From Rudaea sp. (lineage in GTDB: Bacteria; Pseudomonadota; Gammaproteobacteria; Xanthomonadales; Rhodanobacteraceae), in assembly GCA_035473575.1 (NCBI GenBank), contig DATIOA010000046.1, positions 1 through 59,468 on the forward strand: a DNA stretch of 59,468 nucleotides. The letters are read 5' to 3'. Of the stretch, positions 54,873 through 59,468 are shown piece by piece. How positions within the stretch are numbered: the stretch's first letter is position 1; the number at the start of each line of letters is the position of its first letter. The notes under the pieces are model-generated. The model made no database searches. It was given only the letters and a program-made list of their open reading frames with translations, and had not been told where the DNA came from. The translations under genes were made by a program, and so were the position numbers.

Positions 54873-56774
54873 ATGACTGCCTCGCATGCGGACAAGCCGG
54901 CCCATGCCGGCGCGGACGTGGGCGGCGTGCCGATCGCACCCGCACTCGACGACACCCTCGCCGCCGCCCGGATCCCGCGCAAGACCATCCTGGTCGACAA
55001 GCGCGTGGTACTCATCTCGGCGATCTCGATCCTGCTCGCGGTCGCGGCGGCATTCATCGCGCAATTCCTCAAGGCGCTGATCGGCCTGGTCACGAACCTG
55101 AGTTTCTACGGGCGCTGGTCGACGGAATTTTCGTCCCCGGCCGGCAATCACCTCGGCCTGTGGGTGATCGCGATTCCCGTACTCGGCGGCATCGTCGTCG
55201 GCGCGATGGCGCGCTGGGGTTCCGCCGCGATCCGCGGCCACGGCATTCCCGAGGCCATGGAGCAGGTGTTGCTCAACGAATCCAGGATCGCGCCGCGCAT
55301 CACGTTCCTGAAACCGGTTTCCTCGGCCATCGCCATCGGCACCGGCGGACCGTTCGGCGCGGAAGGCCCGATCATCGCCACCGGCGGCGCGCTCGGCTCG
55401 CTGATCGGCCAGGTCCTGCGCGTGACCGCGACCGAGCGCAAGATCCTGCTCGCCGCCGGCGCCGCGGCCGGCATGGCGGCGGTATTTGGGTCGCCCGTAT
55501 CGGCGGTGATCCTCGCCGTGGAACTGCTGTTGTTCGAGTTGCGTCCGCGTTCGCTGATTCCCGTCGCGCTGGCCACGACCACGGCTGCCGGCATCCGCTA
55601 CATGATGGTCGGCTCGCAGGCCGTGTTCGCGATGCCCGCGATCGCGACGCCCGGCGGCGGCGCGCTCGCGTTTTACGTCGCGCTCGGCGCCCTGCTCGGC
55701 GCAGTCAGCGTCGGCGTGACCTGGCTCGTCTACGCGATCGAAGACGGTTTCGACCACTTGCCGATCCATTGGATGTGGTGGCCGGCGATCGGCGGCATCG
55801 CCGTCGGCGTGGTCGGCTATTTCGCGCCGCTGACCTTGGGCGTGGGCTACACCAACATCGAACAGATCGTCGCCGGCAATTTCACCGTGCAGGCGCTGAT
55901 GTTCCTGTGCGTGATGAAATTCCTGTCCTGGTCGATCGCACTCGGCAGCGGCACCTCGGGCGGCACGCTGGCGCCGTTGTTCACGATCGGCGGCGCGTTC
56001 GGCGGCGTCGCCGGCTACGCCGCCTTGTCGCTTTTTCCACATTTGGGCATCGACCCGCGCATTGCGGGCCTGGTCGGCATGGCCGCGATCTTCGCCGGCG
56101 CTTCGCGCGCCCTGCTCACCTCGGTGGTGTTCGCGTTCGAGACGACGCTGCAGCCGGCCGGCATCCTGCCCCTGCTCGGCGGTTGCGCGGCAGCCTACCT
56201 CGTTTCCAGCCTGACCATGCGCGACACCATCATGACCGCGAAGATCGCGCGGCGTGGCGTGCGCGTGCCAACCGAGTACGCGGCCGATTACCTGGACCAG
56301 GTGCTGGTGCGCGACAGCGCCTCGCGCAACGTCACCGCGCTCAAGACATCCGACGAACTCGGCGAAATCCGCCGCTGGCTGGCGTCCGGCGATGCGAAAG
56401 CGCAGTTCCTCGGTTATCCGGTGCTGGACGATTCCGGCAACGCGCGCGGCATCATCACGCGGCGCGAATTGCTCGATCCCGCGCACGCGGAACTCGCCCG
56501 CATCGGCGACCTGCTCACGCAGCCACCGCTCGTCGTGTTCGAGGATCACTCCCTGCGCGAAGCGGCCGACCACATGGTCGAGCACAACGTCGGCAGCGTG
56601 ATCGTGGCGACGCGCGAAGCGCCGACCAAGCTCGTCGGCGTGCTCACGCGCGGGGATCTCGTCACCGCGCATTCGCGGCGCCTGAAGGAGACGCGCGACG
56701 CCGACCGGCACATCCGCATCCGCCAGACGATCCGCAAGACCTTGCGCAGAAAAACTCCGGACGCAAAGCTCTGA
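54873..56774 (+). CDS. CLC chloride channel/transporter with CBS pair
   Basis: GHGIPE, GAEGP, GVGY, SGTSGG; C-terminal CBS domains. Confidence 0.92.
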   Translation: MTASHADKPAHAGADVGGVPIAPALDDTLAAARIPRKTILVDKRVVLISAISILLAVAAAFIAQFLKALIGLVTNLSFYGRWSTEFSSPAGNHLGLWVIAIPVLGGIVVGAMARWGSAAIRGHGIPEAMEQVLLNESRIAPRITFLKPVSSAIAIGTGGPFGAEGPIIATGGALGSLIGQVLRVTATERKILLAAGAAAGMAAVFGSPVSAVILAVELLLFELRPRSLIPVALATTTAAGIRYMMVGSQAVFAMPAIATPGGGALAFYVALGALLGAVSVGVTWLVYAIEDGFDHLPIHWMWWPAIGGIAVGVVGYFAPLTLGVGYTNIEQIVAGNFTVQALMFLCVMKFLSWSIALGSGTSGGTLAPLFTIGGAFGGVAGYAALSLFPHLGIDPRIAGLVGMAAIFAGASRALLTSVVFAFETTLQPAGILPLLGGCAAAYLVSSLTMRDTIMTAKIARRGVRVPTEYAADYLDQVLVRDSASRNVTALKTSDELGEIRRWLASGDAKAQFLGYPVLDDSGNARGIITRRELLDPAHAELARIGDLLTQPPLVVFEDHSLREAADHMVEHNVGSVIVATREAPTKLVGVLTRGDLVTAHSRRLKETRDADRHIRIRQTIRKTLRRKTPDAKL

Positions 56775-56826
56775 ATTAGCACACCAACGCCATTGCGGCG
56801 CCCCAATCCTTGCCCAGACTGCCCGC

Positions 56827-58761
56827 GTGTCCGAAAATAGCAGACCGCCCGCAGACCCCGCCATGATCGACTCCACGCGCTACCCGCGCCTTTCCCACAT
56901 CGACTCGCCCGCCGACCTGCGCAAGCTCGACGCCAGCGATCTGCCCGCGGTTGCGCGCGAACTGCGCGAATACCTGATCGAACAGGTCGCTGGCAGTGGC
57001 GGTCACTTCGGCGCAGGTTTGGGCGTGGTCGAGCTGACCGTTGCCCTGCACTGGCTTTTCGACACGCCAAACGATCGCCTCGTGTGGGATGTCGGCCATC
57101 AGACTTATCCGCACAAGATCCTGACCGGGCGCCGCGACCGCATCGACACGATCAAGCACAAGGGGGGCCTGGCGCCGTTCCCGAAGCGCGAGGAAAGCGA
57201 ATACGACGCGTTCGGCGTGGGTCATTCCTCGACGTCGATTTCCGCCGCGCTCGGCATGGCCATCGCCGCACAACGAAAAGGCGATCATCGCAAGATCGTG
57301 GCCGTGATCGGCGACGGCGGCCTCACCGGTGGCATGGCCTACGAGGCTCTGCACCACGGCGGCGACGTCGATCCGGACCTGCTTGTCATCCTCAACGACA
57401 ATCAGATGTCGATCAGCGAAAACGTCGGCGCGCTGCCGAAGATGCTCGCGCGCCTGATGGTGAGCCGGCGCCTGAATGCGCTGCGCGAACGCACCAAGAA
57501 CCGCCTGCGCCGCGACGGCTTGCTGTGGCGTTTCCTCAAGCGCTGGGAAGAACACCTCAAAGGCATGTTCGTGCCCAGCACGCTGTTCGAGGAATTCAAT
57601 TTCCACTACTTCGGCCCGATCGACGGCCACGATCTGCCGCAATTGCTGCATTCGCTGAAGACGCTCAAGGACCTCAAGGGCCCGCAACTGCTGCACATCG
57701 TCACGACCAAGGGCAAGGGCTACGCGCCGGCGGAAGCGGCGCAGATCGAATACCACGCGGTCGGGCCTTTCGATCCGGAAAAAGGCGTGACCAAGAAAGC
57801 CGCCGGCAAGAAGAGCTATACCGAGGTCTTCGGCGACTGGCTGTGCGACATGGCAGCAGCCGACGAGCGCCTGCTGGGCATCACGCCTGCGATGCGCGAA
57901 GGCTCGGGCCTGGTGCGTTACTCGAAGGAATTTCCGCAACGCTATTTCGACGTCGGCATCGCCGAGCAGCACGCGGTCACGCTTGCCGCCGGCATGGCCT
58001 GCGAAGGCGCGAAGCCCGTGGTGGCGATCTATTCGACGTTCCTGCAGCGCGGCTACGACCAGCTCATCCACGACGTCGCCCTGCAGAACCTGGACGTCAC
58101 GTTCGCCATCGACCGCGGCGGCGTGGTCGGGCCGGACGGCGCCACGCACGCCGGCAGTTTCGACCTGACCTACCTGCGTTGCATCCCGAACATGCTCGTC
58201 GCCGCGCCCTCCGACGAGAACGAATGCCGTCAGTTGCTGACTACGGCGTTCAGGCACGCAGGTCCGGCCGCCGTGCGTTATCCGCGCGGTAGCGGTACCG
58301 GCGCGAAGATCGAAACGGAATTGAAAACTTTGCCCATCGGCAGGGCGGAAATTCGCCGGCGCGGATCGGGCCTGGCGATCCTCGCTTTCGGCAGCCCGCT
58401 CGCCGCCGCGCTGGATGTCGGCAGCGAACTCGGCGCGACCGTCGTCAACATGCGCTTCGTCAAACCGCTCGACGAGGTGCTGGTCCTGGAACTCGCGCGC
58501 ACGCACGCGGCCCTCGTCAGCGTCGAGGACAACGCCGTCGCCGGCGGCGCGGGCAGCGCGGTCGCGGAATTGCTCGCCGCGAAAAACGTGCAGATACCGC
58601 TGCTGCAGATCGGCTTGCCGGATGCCTTCCTCGAACACGCCAGCCGCGAACAATTGCTCGCCGAGGCTGGCATCGACACGAGCGGCATCCGCGCGGCGAT
58701 CCTCGCGCGCTGGCCGCAGTTCGCCTCCGCGCCTCGCGTTGGCGTCGTCAACGCGGTTTGA
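56827..58761 (+). CDS. dxs: 1-deoxy-D-xylulose-5-phosphate synthase
   Basis: WDVGHQ, GDGG, IDGH, IAEQH, DGATH, RYPRG; start may be 56863. Confidence 0.98.
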   Translation: MSENSRPPADPAMIDSTRYPRLSHIDSPADLRKLDASDLPAVARELREYLIEQVAGSGGHFGAGLGVVELTVALHWLFDTPNDRLVWDVGHQTYPHKILTGRRDRIDTIKHKGGLAPFPKREESEYDAFGVGHSSTSISAALGMAIAAQRKGDHRKIVAVIGDGGLTGGMAYEALHHGGDVDPDLLVILNDNQMSISENVGALPKMLARLMVSRRLNALRERTKNRLRRDGLLWRFLKRWEEHLKGMFVPSTLFEEFNFHYFGPIDGHDLPQLLHSLKTLKDLKGPQLLHIVTTKGKGYAPAEAAQIEYHAVGPFDPEKGVTKKAAGKKSYTEVFGDWLCDMAAADERLLGITPAMREGSGLVRYSKEFPQRYFDVGIAEQHAVTLAAGMACEGAKPVVAIYSTFLQRGYDQLIHDVALQNLDVTFAIDRGGVVGPDGATHAGSFDLTYLRCIPNMLVAAPSDENECRQLLTTAFRHAGPAAVRYPRGSGTGAKIETELKTLPIGRAEIRRRGSGLAILAFGSPLAAALDVGSELGATVVNMRFVKPLDEVLVLELARTHAALVSVEDNAVAGGAGSAVAELLAAKNVQIPLLQIGLPDAFLEHASREQLLAEAGIDTSGIRAAILARWPQFASAPRVGVVNAV

Positions 58762-59468
58762 CGCCGCCGCTCACCCGCTCGCGGCCTTCCAGATCGCGCG
58801 CGGTGAACACATCCGCAAATCCGCCACGTTGCAGCAACCCGCGTACTGCTGCGCCCTGATCGAATCCGTGTTCAAACAGCAACGCGCCGCCTTCGCGCAG
58901 ATGCGCGGACGCGTCGCGAACGATGGCGCGGATCGCATCGAGGCCATCTGCACCCGAAGCGAGCGCCATGCGCGGCTCAAAGCGCAGATCGCCTTGCGCG
59001 AGATGTGTGTCGTTTTCGGCAATGTACGGCGGATTCGAGACGATCAGGTCGAAACGCTGCTCGCCAAGCGCGGCGCACCAGTCGCCCTGCGCGAATTCGA
59101 CATTGCCGATTCCCAGCCGCTGCGCGTTGCCGCGCGCGACATCCAGCGCCGCTGCGCTCGCGTCGGTGGCCAGCACGCGTGCCTGCGGACGCGCCTGCGC
59201 GATGGCCAGCGCAACCGCCCCGGAACCGACGCCGAGGTCTGCGATGTCCACTTTTGCGCTTTGTGGAATTCGCTGCAAGGCGAGTTCGACGAGCAGTTCC
59301 GTTTCAGGTCGCGGAATCAAGACGCCTGGCGTGAGCGACAAGTCGATGGCGTGGAATCCGCGATGGCCAATGATGTATGCGACCGGCTCGCCCGCCACGC
59401 GGCGCGACACGCAGCAACCCACCTGTCCGGCCAGCGCGGGCGTCACGGCATCGTCGCGATGCGCGATC
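58748..59468 (-). CDS. prmC: Release-factor glutamine methyltransferase (5' truncated by window edge)
   Basis: [27 protein letters not shown]. Confidence 0.95.
   Translation of the reverse strand, partial: IAHRDDAVTPALAGQVGCCVSRRVAGEPVAYIIGHRGFHAIDLSLTPGVLIPRPETELLVELALQRIPQSAKVDIADLGVGSGAVALAIAQARPQARVLATDASAAALDVARGNAQRLGIGNVEFAQGDWCAALGEQRFDLIVSNPPYIAENDTHLAQGDLRFEPRMALASGADGLDAIRAIVRDASAHLREGGALLFEHGFDQGAAVRGLLQRGGFADVFTARDLEGRERVSGGVKPR

Overview
High-GC gammaproteobacterial chromosome segment. Gene order and protein style suggest Xanthomonadales/Rhodanobacteraceae (inference). Most of it is housekeeping: roxA-like, sucAB-lpdA, pilH, cbpA, hsp20, gyrA, mtnA, dnaQ-rnhA, mltD, fabI, ppiD, tRNAs, hupB, lon, amiC-tsaE-nnr, queG, panBCD, folK, pcnB, fdxA, dapA, gcvR, bcp, phoH, thiD, dxs, prmC. 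The best candidate for an undescribed system is the ~9 kb block at 16.8-25.9 kb. It encodes an exported Sel1/coiled-coil caspase-like protease, divergent from an Ig-repeat autotransporter across a palindromic double -10 box. It also encodes a PP2C phosphatase and an operon pairing a periplasmic penta-heme cytochrome c with a membrane Ser/Thr kinase. Non-coding signals include two covarying copies of a twin GGA-loop hairpin element (after sucA and phoH), a candidate ~68-nt sRNA between panC and panD, a 144-bp palindromic MITE-like element that supplies a stop codon, a palindromic bidirectional leaderless promoter, and an amiC-lon synteny break. All calls come from motif reading; no searches were run.
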